Part shown: positions 10,368-18,898 of the stretch, one piece after another
Position numbering within the stretch: the stretch's first letter is position 1
How the letters are laid out: the number at the start of each line of letters is the position of its first letter
Assembly (NCBI GenBank): GCA_958296135.2
Contig: CATQHZ020000001.1
Coordinates: forward strand, 3,904,001-3,968,000
Source: an uncultured Poribacteria bacterium
Lineage (GTDB): Bacteria; Poribacteria; WGA-4E; WGA-3G
Direction of reading: 5' to 3'
DNA: 64,000 bases
The notes under the pieces: generated by a model
Seen by the model: only the letters and a program-made list of their open reading frames with translations
Databases searched by the model: none
What the model was told of the DNA's origin: nothing
Position numbers and translations under genes: made by a program

Positions 10368-10648
10368 ACCGTAGCGCGAGGGAAAACCTGTCCCTCGCGA
10401 GGCTCAGAACCGCCCCCTGCAACCGTAGCGCGAGGGCCGTCACGGTCACGCCTACAGAAAATGTGCGTGTGTCGCCCCGCGTAAACACGCTACCTTTAAC
10501 TTTGTCATCTCTGCAGCCTCGCTGCAGAGATGTCCACTGTCCATCGCGAGGAACAGAACCGCCCCTGCAACCGTAGCGCGAGGGCCGTTACGCCGAAACT
10601 TTGTCATCTCTGCCGCCTCGCTGCAGAGATGTCCACTGTCCCTCGCCA
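10368..10648. repeat. REP cluster carrying two nested elements
   Basis: 'accgtagcgcgaggg...ccctcgcg' three times; inserts at 10439-10537 and 10587-10636. Confidence 0.85.
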
Positions 10649-10696
10649 TCTATGATGGATAATACAAATGAATCTGATGCTAGGAATAGCAAAAAT

Positions 10697-11122
10697 ATGA
10701 ACAGCCAAGAGCCCCGCTGGATACAACGAGCCACTAGTTTTGGCAAGGCTTTATCGCGATTGCGAGCCGCTGTTGAATTGGCGGCGCAACGCGAACTCTC
10801 CGATTTGGAACAGCAAGGGTTGATCCAAGGGTTTGAATATACTCACGAATTGGCATGGAAGACCTTGAAGAATTTCCTTGAAGCCCAAGGCGTGCAAAAT
10901 TTATACGGGGCGAGGGATACAACCCGTGAGGCTTTTAACCGAAGCCTCATTGAAAACGGCGAAGTCTGGATGGATATGATTGACAAACGCAACCTGACTT
11001 CGCATACGTATGATGAGGCAACTGCAGATCAGGTTGGGGACTCTATTCTCAACACTTACTTTGTGGAGTTTGAGACGTTGCTAAAGAGACTCGCTCAACT
11101 GAGGCAGGGAGAATCTTTATGA
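10697..11122 (+). CDS. HEPN-type nucleotidyltransferase substrate-binding protein (HI0074 family; putative toxin)
   Basis: GLIQGFEYTHELAWK and RNLTSHTYDE (RxxxxH HEPN motif). Confidence 0.9.
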   Translation: MNSQEPRWIQRATSFGKALSRLRAAVELAAQRELSDLEQQGLIQGFEYTHELAWKTLKNFLEAQGVQNLYGARDTTREAFNRSLIENGEVWMDMIDKRNLTSHTYDEATADQVGDSILNTYFVEFETLLKRLAQLRQGESL

Positions 11123-11502
11123 AATACGGATTGTCAACGCGGACGCGCCAAGAGCTCGCCAAGGTCTTCAGTCGCTACCCCGAAGTGGAAGAAGCGGTAT
11201 TATACGGTTCGCGGGCCAAAGGCACATATAGAAACGGGTCTGACATCGATCTGACACTCAACGGCAGTGCAGAACTCACACATACTATTGTCTCTCGCAT
11301 CGCGAATGACTTCTATGAGGGACCCCTGCCCTATAAGATCGATCTCTCCATTTTCAACAAACTTCGTAACCCGGAGATGGTTGCGGAAATTCAGCGCGAT
11401 GGCGTAGTACTTTACAAAAAAGGTGATTTGGGCGAGCCGGTAGGCGCCGTTGAAAACCGCGCCTATGGGGATGTACGAAAACAAAACCCATGCAAAAACT
11501 AA
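11119..11502 (+). CDS. Minimal nucleotidyltransferase (MNT; putative antitoxin)
   Basis: LYGSRAKG...GSDIDL motif; ATGA overlap with the HEPN gene. Confidence 0.9.
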   Translation: MKYGLSTRTRQELAKVFSRYPEVEEAVLYGSRAKGTYRNGSDIDLTLNGSAELTHTIVSRIANDFYEGPLPYKIDLSIFNKLRNPEMVAEIQRDGVVLYKKGDLGEPVGAVENRAYGDVRKQNPCKN

Positions 11503-12269
11503 AAATCGCGGATAAAACCTATCACTCCAGACTGCTCATCGGGACAGCCGGATACCCGAATTTTCACGTGATGACAGAAGCAGTAGCGGCAAGCGGTGCC
11601 GAAATCGCTACCGTCTCAATGCGGCGCGTGAAATTCACCGACGTGTCCGGCGAGAATGTGTTTGCGTTGCTCCGCGAGCGCAGCATCACCATTCTGCCGA
11701 ATACAGCAGGCTGTTTCACGGCGAAGGATGCCATCCTCACGGCGCACCTCGCGCGCGAGGCACTAGAGACACCGCTCATCAAACTGGAAGTCATCGGCGA
11801 TGAACAGACGCTGTTTCCCGATGTCGAGCAGCTGCTCAGTGCAGCGGTGACGCTAGTCAAAGACGGGTTCACGGTGCTGCCCTATTGCAACGATGATCCG
11901 ATTACGTGTAAGAAGTTAGAGGATATCGGGTGTGCCGCCGTAATGCCGCTCGGCGCGCCGATCGGCTCAGGCATGGGCATTCGGAACCCCTATAACCTAC
12001 AGATCATCCGCGGTAGCGTGCAGGTGCCCCTCATCGTCGATGCCGGCGTCGGCACCGCATCAGATGCAGCGGTGGCGATGGAATTAGGATGCGACGGTGT
12101 GCTGCTCAACACCGCGATTGCGAAGGCGCACCGCCCGGTGCTCATGGCAGAAGCAATGAAAAAAGCGATCGAGGCGGGCAGGGCGGCATTTTTAGCGGGC
12201 CGCATCCCGCGCAAACTCTATGCGAACGCCTCTAGCCCGCAAGAGGGGCTCATAGCACCGCTCCTGTAG
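11490..12269 (+). CDS. thiG: Thiazole synthase
   Basis: [37 protein letters not shown] and GVLLNTAIA motifs. Confidence 0.97.
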   Translation: MQKLKIADKTYHSRLLIGTAGYPNFHVMTEAVAASGAEIATVSMRRVKFTDVSGENVFALLRERSITILPNTAGCFTAKDAILTAHLAREALETPLIKLEVIGDEQTLFPDVEQLLSAAVTLVKDGFTVLPYCNDDPITCKKLEDIGCAAVMPLGAPIGSGMGIRNPYNLQIIRGSVQVPLIVDAGVGTASDAAVAMELGCDGVLLNTAIAKAHRPVLMAEAMKKAIEAGRAAFLAGRIPRKLYANASSPQEGLIAPLL

Positions 12270-12445
12270 GAGAGACCTAAAGATCGCGGGGACAGGCCCC
12301 CGCGCTACGGTGCTCATAGCACCGCTCCTGTAGGAGAGACATCCCGCGTCTCGACTCCACTTCTGGTAGGAGAGACATCTGGTCTCGATGCAATACCGGC
12401 GGAGAGACATCCCGCGTCTCGATGCAATACCGGCGGAGAGACTCA
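12248..12445. repeat. REP cluster with duplicated thiG 3' end
   Basis: 'gctcatagcaccgctcctgtaggagagac' at 12248-12276 and 12312-12340, followed by 'ggagagacatcccgcgtctcga' units. Confidence 0.8.
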
Positions 12446-12465
12446 ATCTAAAAAAGGAGAACCTC

Positions 12466-13320
12466 ATGAAAAAATCAACGTTACTTTCCCATCTATTCCT
12501 CGCGATGCTCTTTTCGGCAGCGGTGAATATCCCAATCCACGCCGCGAACGTCACCGTCGGCGTATTGGCAGGAAATAATAAACTCGGGGAAGTTGAGGAA
12601 GCCGCTTACGACTGGGTATCCGATAACTTCCAAACGACGCAGTTGCTCGTTGACAAGAGCGGCAAGTTCAAGAATAACAGCGGCACCGCAGTGCCACCTG
12701 AACAATTCGCCGTGCTTTGGCTTTTTTACACGGAAACGGACACGTTGCCAGACCCATTCCTTGCCAATGCGACGAAGGACGTGGTGCGAGACTATGTGGA
12801 GGCAGGGGGCACACTGTTTCTTTCAGCCTTGGCACTCCGCTACGTTGTCGAAATCGGGGTTGAAAAAGGCGGAGACCCGAGAGTCTTTATGCCCCTCGGC
12901 AAGGACCCGCCGGCAATCGGCGTTGTCCCCACCGCCGATGGAAAAAACCATCCTGTTTTTGAAGGGTTTGACACCGCCAAACCCGTTTTCCTCACCAGCA
13001 TGGCACAAGAAGGGTTTACGTCAGATTTCTTCAACTTTGGTGCAGACCCGGGCGGCGTTATCCTCGGCACCAAGACGCGCGGCGGTGGTGCAGGCGGCGG
13101 CGAGCGGCCCTTCGTTGAATATGAAGTCGGCGACGGAAAAATCATCACCCTCGGACATCACAACGGCGTTTTCACCGATGCGAAGTCCAAGGAGGGAGAT
13201 AATCTGAGAAAGCTGACGACGAATATCCTCAACTACCTCGGTGAGAATTCGGCGTTCCTCGCTGTTGAACCTGAGGGAAAGTTGGCAACAACGTGGGGTA
13301 ATCTGAAGACGGTGCAGTAA
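12466..13320 (+). CDS. Secreted protein (DUF4960/GATase-like fold) with a KLATTWG tail
   Basis: RBS aaggag; signal peptide; GGTLFLS; ends VEPEGKLATTWGNLKTVQ. Confidence 0.7.
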   Translation: MKKSTLLSHLFLAMLFSAAVNIPIHAANVTVGVLAGNNKLGEVEEAAYDWVSDNFQTTQLLVDKSGKFKNNSGTAVPPEQFAVLWLFYTETDTLPDPFLANATKDVVRDYVEAGGTLFLSALALRYVVEIGVEKGGDPRVFMPLGKDPPAIGVVPTADGKNHPVFEGFDTAKPVFLTSMAQEGFTSDFFNFGADPGGVILGTKTRGGGAGGGERPFVEYEVGDGKIITLGHHNGVFTDAKSKEGDNLRKLTTNILNYLGENSAFLAVEPEGKLATTWGNLKTVQ

Positions 13321-13361
13321 ATTGTCTGGGCGGATGTCGTTACTATCCGCCCACAACGATA

Positions 13362-16300
13362 TTACTTCACCACCAGCATCTTCCGCGTCGCCCTGAAATC
13401 GCCCGCGGTGAACGTGTAGAAATACACCCCACTCGCAACGTGTTCACCTAGCGCGTTTCGGCCATCCCAATACGCCGCACGGCTGCGGATACGATAAACA
13501 CCAGCCGGCTGATACCCGAAGTCTAGCGTCCGAACCAGCTTCCCATCCGCAGAATAGATGGACACCGTCACATCCGCCGGCTTTGCCAACTGATACGGGA
13601 TCCATGTCTCCGGATTGAACGGATTCGGATAGTTCGCGAGCAGCAGCGTCTTATCCGGGACCAGCAATGCCAGAAGTTGTTCCAACTTCGCTATCCCACG
13701 CCGGAACGCAGGCGAACCGGTGTTTTCTGTATGCAAGAGATTCAGTGCCCACTCCACCGTTTCAAGCGTCAGCCCTGCAGGTAGCGCAGCGTTTGATGGC
13801 GCGGCCGCCTCACCCTCACCGAGGTGTGCAGCGACGAGCGCGAAGTCTTCGCCATTCACAACTCCATCCCCATTCACATCCGTGCGAGGGTTCTGGATAG
13901 GCTGCCCCATCGCCTGTGACACAAGTGCCAGATCTGCAAGGTTCGTCACGCCATCCTCGTTCACATCCCAAGCCGGGTGCGCCGCAGCTGCGGATGCTGC
14001 TACTGCACCACCCACATTGATGCTAATTGCGGGAGACGTTGCCGGAATGATCGCACCGGTAGTATCACCGAATTGGAAGTTCCGGACTCGCACGCGCGTT
14101 TCACCCAATGCCTTCACCCGGAACGTCACCGACACCAACCCGCCGGCACCAGTGACACCGCCTGCCGTAAGCCGCGAGCCACTTAACCCAGTAATGGTGC
14201 CGGCCTGGTTGTCAATCGTGCCTTTCCGGAAGAAGGTAGTACCACCGCCGGTTTCCAGAAAACTGCCTTCGCTAACCCGCGTAGCACTGAGCGCGGCAGG
14301 ATCGAACTTCAAATCGAACTGCCACCCCGCCAAACCGGTAACCTCTTCCGCACTGAGATGCAGCGTGAAGGATTGGCCTACCGAAATGCGCGGGGCATAA
14401 GGGGTATAGGCGAGTCTGGCACCGGGCAGCAGCACAGAATAGTCCGTGCCAGCTTCAAATCCAAAAAAGCCGCTCCAGCCGGCGACGTATTCTTCGACAG
14501 CAACTAACAAGATGTTTTTGCCCTGTTTCAGGGAAAGTGAAAATTCAGCTTCGTAATCTTCAGCTCCGCCACTTCCTCCCACACTATAAACCAATTCACC
14601 GTTGAGCCAAACTCTGGAACTATCATCGGTCCCGATGAACATTCGTGTACGCTGCTCTCGCGGCGACACGATAGAAATTAACCCGTATGCAACATGGTCA
14701 TCTACATCGCCTTTGCCCAAGCCAATGGCGTTGACAAGGTTGTTGATGTTATTGCCGCCGTTTGGGGAGAGGGTGCCGGGTGTCCATACCCTATCGCCAA
14801 CAGCATCTCCAGCAGTTGCACCGTCTGTGGCAATCCCTTGTTCTGTCACAGAGCCGCCACTCGCTTGTGCCAACAAATCTGCTTTATCATGTGTTGTGGG
14901 TAAAATCACCCAGAGCCACGGTCCCGTGATTTTCGGCCCGCCGAGTGCGGAACCTGAGACTGGGTTTCCGGATAGACGGATAACTGTCTTTTCGCGTAAC
15001 CCTACCAACGGAGAGACATCGGATATCCGGTTGCCTTCAAGGTTTAACCTTTCCAAGTTGACTAAAGTTGCCAGGGGCGATACGTCCGATATTTTATTCT
15101 CCTGAAGATGCAGTTCTCGCAATCTGGTTAATTTCGCCAGTGGTGAGACATCCGATACGCCGCTTGAATCAATTGTCAACTCTCTCAAACTAGTTAATCC
15201 CGCCAGTGGCGAGAGATCTGATATGGTTCCGCCGCTAATTCCCATCCATCCCAGTTTCCTTAATTTCGCCAGTGGCGAGAGGTCTGTGATGCGGGTATCC
15301 CACGCTGCCAGCCCATCCAGGCTGAGCATGCCTGAAACCCCGGAAATGTCCGAAATCGGATTGCCATTAATCCCTAACCCACCCAACTTGACTAAGCCAG
15401 AGAGTGAGGATAAGTCGGTTATCCGATTCTCCTCCAACCCTAACCACCCCACGTTGATTAACTTTGCGAGTGGAGACACGTCGACAATCAAATTATCTCG
15501 CAGTTTGATGTTCTCGATACGGGTGAGGTTTCGGAGCGGTGTCAGGTCGGTTATCGCATTATGGCGCAGTTCTATCCGTTCGAGATTGGTGGCAACCTCC
15601 AGCCCGGTCAAATCGCGAATGCCCTTGCGATCGGCGTGTAGATTCGTTAACCGCAGCATGTCCGCCCGCGTGAGTTGCGCATTTTCCGCTTTACCCAACG
15701 CCTTATGAATTGCCGTGCGCAACTGCAGATCAGAGATGTGAACGCCGGAAACAGGCGGTGTTTCATCGTCATCGGGAGTGACGACGGTGTCTTCGGAAAA
15801 CAGGGCGGCAACCAGTGTGCTGAATTGCGATGTCCAGGTATCGCGTTGCACGCGCCCGTTGTCCAGCAGCAGTCCCTGCAATCCGGACGTTTGTAACTTT
15901 CCGTTCCGAATTTCTTGGCGAAAGGCAGACGTTGCGAAGCCGACAGCGGCTGCGGCGTGCGCCGCATCGAAGGGTTCTTCAAACCGCTGTTGCAAGCGTT
16001 CCACCGGCTCAACGCCACCAAAGATACCTCCGGCGGCTTCCAATGCCTCTCGGAAGCGTTGCGTATCCTCTGCCACCAGTGCATCCATCGTCGCCTGTTC
16101 GACATAGAGCCGCAGTGCCTGTTCTTTGTCGTAGGCCGGATTCGCTTGCTGCGCGACTACTGCACGCACACCGTCTGTAAACTTTTTCATCCCCTCCGTG
16201 TGGCACCCGATACAGGAGAGCCCATTGTGAACCACCGGATCGCGGGCAGCGGGATTTGAGACGATCTCCACCGGCGCATCGTCCAGCCGCGTCCCTGCCG

Positions 16301-17429
16301 CCGTGGCGAGGTAATATGCCTGCAAACCGTTGGGCAGATTGAAGATAATCTCGCCGCCATCGTGCGTAAAAGAGAGCGGGTGCGTAAAAACATTTTGACT
16401 GCCGACGTTCCCGGCAAAATCGTAGGATTTCCAATACGAGCCATACCGTGAGCGGTGCCGTTCCACCACGCGATTATTCTCGGAGACGCGGGATTCATTG
16501 AACCCGGCACGCCAGACGCGCACGCCCGGCGCACTCTCGATGTTGCGGGCCACGTTCACCTCCAACTGGGTCTCCAATTCCCGGTCCGTCTGCGGCAAAT
16601 CAAGAATGTCGTTGTAGAGGGGCGGCAGGGAGGCAGTCGCCAGGAACCAATCCACATGAATGAACGGCACCTCGGTGTCCGTTTCCTGCTTCAGCGTGGC
16701 CATTTTCTGCCTCAGCGTGGCATAGGTTGGTGAGTTTCCGTAATCAATAGCATAGGGATAGACATCTTCCATCAGGGTCCATGCATCGGTGACATCCCAA
16801 TCGTAGTGGCGCAAATCGATGTAGAAGAGCGTTTGGGCTACGTCAATGGGTTTCGGCTTAAGAATCTCGGCTCCCCAGGAGAGGCTGTTAATCAGTTTAG
16901 AGAGTGCGCGGCGATATGCGCCGAGTGCCTCATTGCTTTCGCCGGCGTTATAGAGATGCGTCATAGTGAAATAGCGCACGTAGGGCCGGTCAAACGGATC
17001 AAGGGAACTCACATGCCGTTCAATAGCGGTGAGCATTGCATTCGGCGTGATGAAGGCGCGTTGTGTGCGCGCAACTTCCCAATTCAGTGCGCCGGCTGCA
17101 ATCCAGCGGCGCACGGTATCAATCTCCGTTGGCGTGAGCGGGTCGCGTCCCAATGGCATTCTTTTGTGATTGGGCTGATTCGGAAGCAGTCGGAGAAAAA
17201 ATTGGGATGCATCAGGACTTCCTGGAACGACTGCCCCGGATGCAATCAACACAGGGTGCTGAATCGAGAGAAACTCCGTGAACGCGCGGTTTTCGCCGTG
17301 GCAAGTCTCGCAGTGCTGCTCAACGATGGCACGCGCTTGTTGTGCGAGGGGCTGTTGCGCGGCAGCGCTCCCAACGCCTAGCACGATGAATGTCAAAATC
17401 GTTAGTGTCCAATAGTTGAAATTTTTCAT
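13362..17429 (-). CDS. Large secreted protein: c-type heme motifs, internalin-like LRRs, beta-sandwich domain, cohesin, dockerin, FlgD/T9SS-like CTD
   Basis: Signal peptide; CETCH and CIGCH; LxxLxLxxNxISDVSPL repeats; GWQFDLKFDP (cohesin-like); DVNEDG/DVNGDG (dockerin-like); LLANYPNPFNPETWIPY...TRKMLVVK. Confidence 0.88.
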   Translation of the reverse strand: MKNFNYWTLTILTFIVLGVGSAAAQQPLAQQARAIVEQHCETCHGENRAFTEFLSIQHPVLIASGAVVPGSPDASQFFLRLLPNQPNHKRMPLGRDPLTPTEIDTVRRWIAAGALNWEVARTQRAFITPNAMLTAIERHVSSLDPFDRPYVRYFTMTHLYNAGESNEALGAYRRALSKLINSLSWGAEILKPKPIDVAQTLFYIDLRHYDWDVTDAWTLMEDVYPYAIDYGNSPTYATLRQKMATLKQETDTEVPFIHVDWFLATASLPPLYNDILDLPQTDRELETQLEVNVARNIESAPGVRVWRAGFNESRVSENNRVVERHRSRYGSYWKSYDFAGNVGSQNVFTHPLSFTHDGGEIIFNLPNGLQAYYLATAAGTRLDDAPVEIVSNPAARDPVVHNGLSCIGCHTEGMKKFTDGVRAVVAQQANPAYDKEQALRLYVEQATMDALVAEDTQRFREALEAAGGIFGGVEPVERLQQRFEEPFDAAHAAAAVGFATSAFRQEIRNGKLQTSGLQGLLLDNGRVQRDTWTSQFSTLVAALFSEDTVVTPDDDETPPVSGVHISDLQLRTAIHKALGKAENAQLTRADMLRLTNLHADRKGIRDLTGLEVATNLERIELRHNAITDLTPLRNLTRIENIKLRDNLIVDVSPLAKLINVGWLGLEENRITDLSSLSGLVKLGGLGINGNPISDISGVSGMLSLDGLAAWDTRITDLSPLAKLRKLGWMGISGGTISDLSPLAGLTSLRELTIDSSGVSDVSPLAKLTRLRELHLQENKISDVSPLATLVNLERLNLEGNRISDVSPLVGLREKTVIRLSGNPVSGSALGGPKITGPWLWVILPTTHDKADLLAQASGGSVTEQGIATDGATAGDAVGDRVWTPGTLSPNGGNNINNLVNAIGLGKGDVDDHVAYGLISIVSPREQRTRMFIGTDDSSRVWLNGELVYSVGGSGGAEDYEAEFSLSLKQGKNILLVAVEEYVAGWSGFFGFEAGTDYSVLLPGARLAYTPYAPRISVGQSFTLHLSAEEVTGLAGWQFDLKFDPAALSATRVSEGSFLETGGGTTFFRKGTIDNQAGTITGLSGSRLTAGGVTGAGGLVSVTFRVKALGETRVRVRNFQFGDTTGAIIPATSPAISINVGGAVAASAAAAHPAWDVNEDGVTNLADLALVSQAMGQPIQNPRTDVNGDGVVNGEDFALVAAHLGEGEAAAPSNAALPAGLTLETVEWALNLLHTENTGSPAFRRGIAKLEQLLALLVPDKTLLLANYPNPFNPETWIPYQLAKPADVTVSIYSADGKLVRTLDFGYQPAGVYRIRSRAAYWDGRNALGEHVASGVYFYTFTAGDFRATRKMLVVK

Positions 17430-17614
17430 TAAAAAGCTCCTTTTCTCATTCGCATAGGTAGGGCTTTAGCGAACCCTACGGATGAAGGTCAAACGGATTT
17501 TCCTATGCTGAGGCGATAAGCCTATTGGCTCGTAGCGCGGGGGCCTGTCCCTCGCGAGCGTGGCACGCCAAGAGACAGACCCTCGCCCCACGGGCAGTCA
17601 AGTTGGTTTAGCTC

Positions 17615-17890
17615 CTACTTTCCATCGCGCGGGAGCTGCGGCCGGGTTTTCATCGCGTCTAATTCGCCACGCAGCAACGCAATCTCTTCTTGCAGCCGCG
17701 TGATGACAACTTCGGCCTGCTCGCGCGCGTGTTTTTCTGCTTCCAACGCGCGCACGCGTTCTTGCAGCTGCGCGTTGACAGCGGCCGCGACGGCTTCGGC
17801 CTGCTCCCGCGCACGTTGCTCGCGCTCACGCGCACGTTTCTCGCGTAAATACATGATATGCTCCCACACCAAACACGGCGCAACAATCAC
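17615..17890 (-). pseudogene. Truncated duplicate of the 3' half of 17896..18555
   Basis: Near-identical DNA and peptide (IVAPCLVWEHIMYLREKRAREREQRAREQAEAV...), lacking the N-terminal part and some internal repeats. Confidence 0.7.
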
Positions 17891-17895
17891 GGGGG

Positions 17896-18555
17896 TTAGT
17901 TTTCATCCCCCTCGCGCGGCGGCTGCGGCCGGGTTTTCATCGCGTCTAATTCGCCACGCAGCAACGCAATCTCTTCTTGCAGCCGCGTGATGACAACTTC
18001 GGCCTGCTCGCGCGCGTGTTTTTCTGCTTCCAACGCGCGCACGCGTCCTTGAAGCTCCGCAGTGACAGCTTCGGCTTGCTCCCGCGCACGTTGCTCGCGC
18101 TCGCGCGCGTGTTGTTCCTGTTCCAACGCGCGGACTCGTTCTTGCAGCTGCGCGTTGACAGCGGCCGCGACGGCTTCGGCCTGCTCCCGCGCACGTTGCT
18201 CGTGCTCCCGCGCACGTTGCTCGCGCTCACGCGCACGTTTCTCGCGTAAATACATGATATGCTCCCACACCAAACACGGCGCAACAATACCCATACCCAA
18301 ACCGACACCGTAGTGATACATCTGAATGCCGATATTCCGAGCCACCGCCGCCACGGAGGCCACCCACTTCACCTCCGGAAAAATGCCAGAGGCAATTTCA
18401 GATGGCACAACAATGAGCATCGTCGCACAAAAGGCGTAGCCAAAGGCGGCTCGCGCACGGCGTTTCCAAGATTCGGGAAGCTCGCCCAGAAAATTGGAAG
18501 ACGACTCGCGGGGTTGTTCGGTGTTCTCTTGTTGGTTTTCTTGTTCTTCTTTCAA
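17896..18555 (-). CDS. Hypothetical membrane protein with coiled-coil repeats
   Basis: Hydrophobic segments followed by 'REREQRAREQAE' repeats; start codon uncertain. Confidence 0.65.
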   Translation of the reverse strand: MKEEQENQQENTEQPRESSSNFLGELPESWKRRARAAFGYAFCATMLIVVPSEIASGIFPEVKWVASVAAVARNIGIQMYHYGVGLGMGIVAPCLVWEHIMYLREKRAREREQRAREHEQRAREQAEAVAAAVNAQLQERVRALEQEQHAREREQRAREQAEAVTAELQGRVRALEAEKHAREQAEVVITRLQEEIALLRGELDAMKTRPQPPREGDEN

Positions 18556-18589
18556 ATATGATACCTTATTTCTCGCGAAAAGTCAAGTG

Positions 18590-18897
18590 GCCCCCGTAGG
18601 AGGGACATCCTTGTCCCGATACTCCTATCCCCGTAGGAGGGACATCCTTGTCCCGATACCGTACCCATCGAGACCAGGAGGTCTCTCCTACCGAGAAAAT
18701 TCAAGACCGGGGGAAGGCAGGATGGCACATCCCCGGCCCGATACCCCCTAGGAGGCACATCCTTGTCCCGACATCCCATCCCCGGTAGGAGGGACATCCT
18801 TGTCCCGATGCCCCCGGTAGGAGAGACCTCCCGGTCTCGATACTCCCATCCCCGGTAGGAGGGACATCCTTGTCCCGATACCCGCCTGTCTCGATAT
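18590..18897. repeat. REP-like tandem cluster (gtaggagggacatccttgtcccgat family)
   Basis: At least five copies of 'cc(g)gtaggagggacatccttgtcccga', plus 'gtaggagagacctcccggtctcga' in both orientations. Confidence 0.85.
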
Positions 18898-18898
18898 C

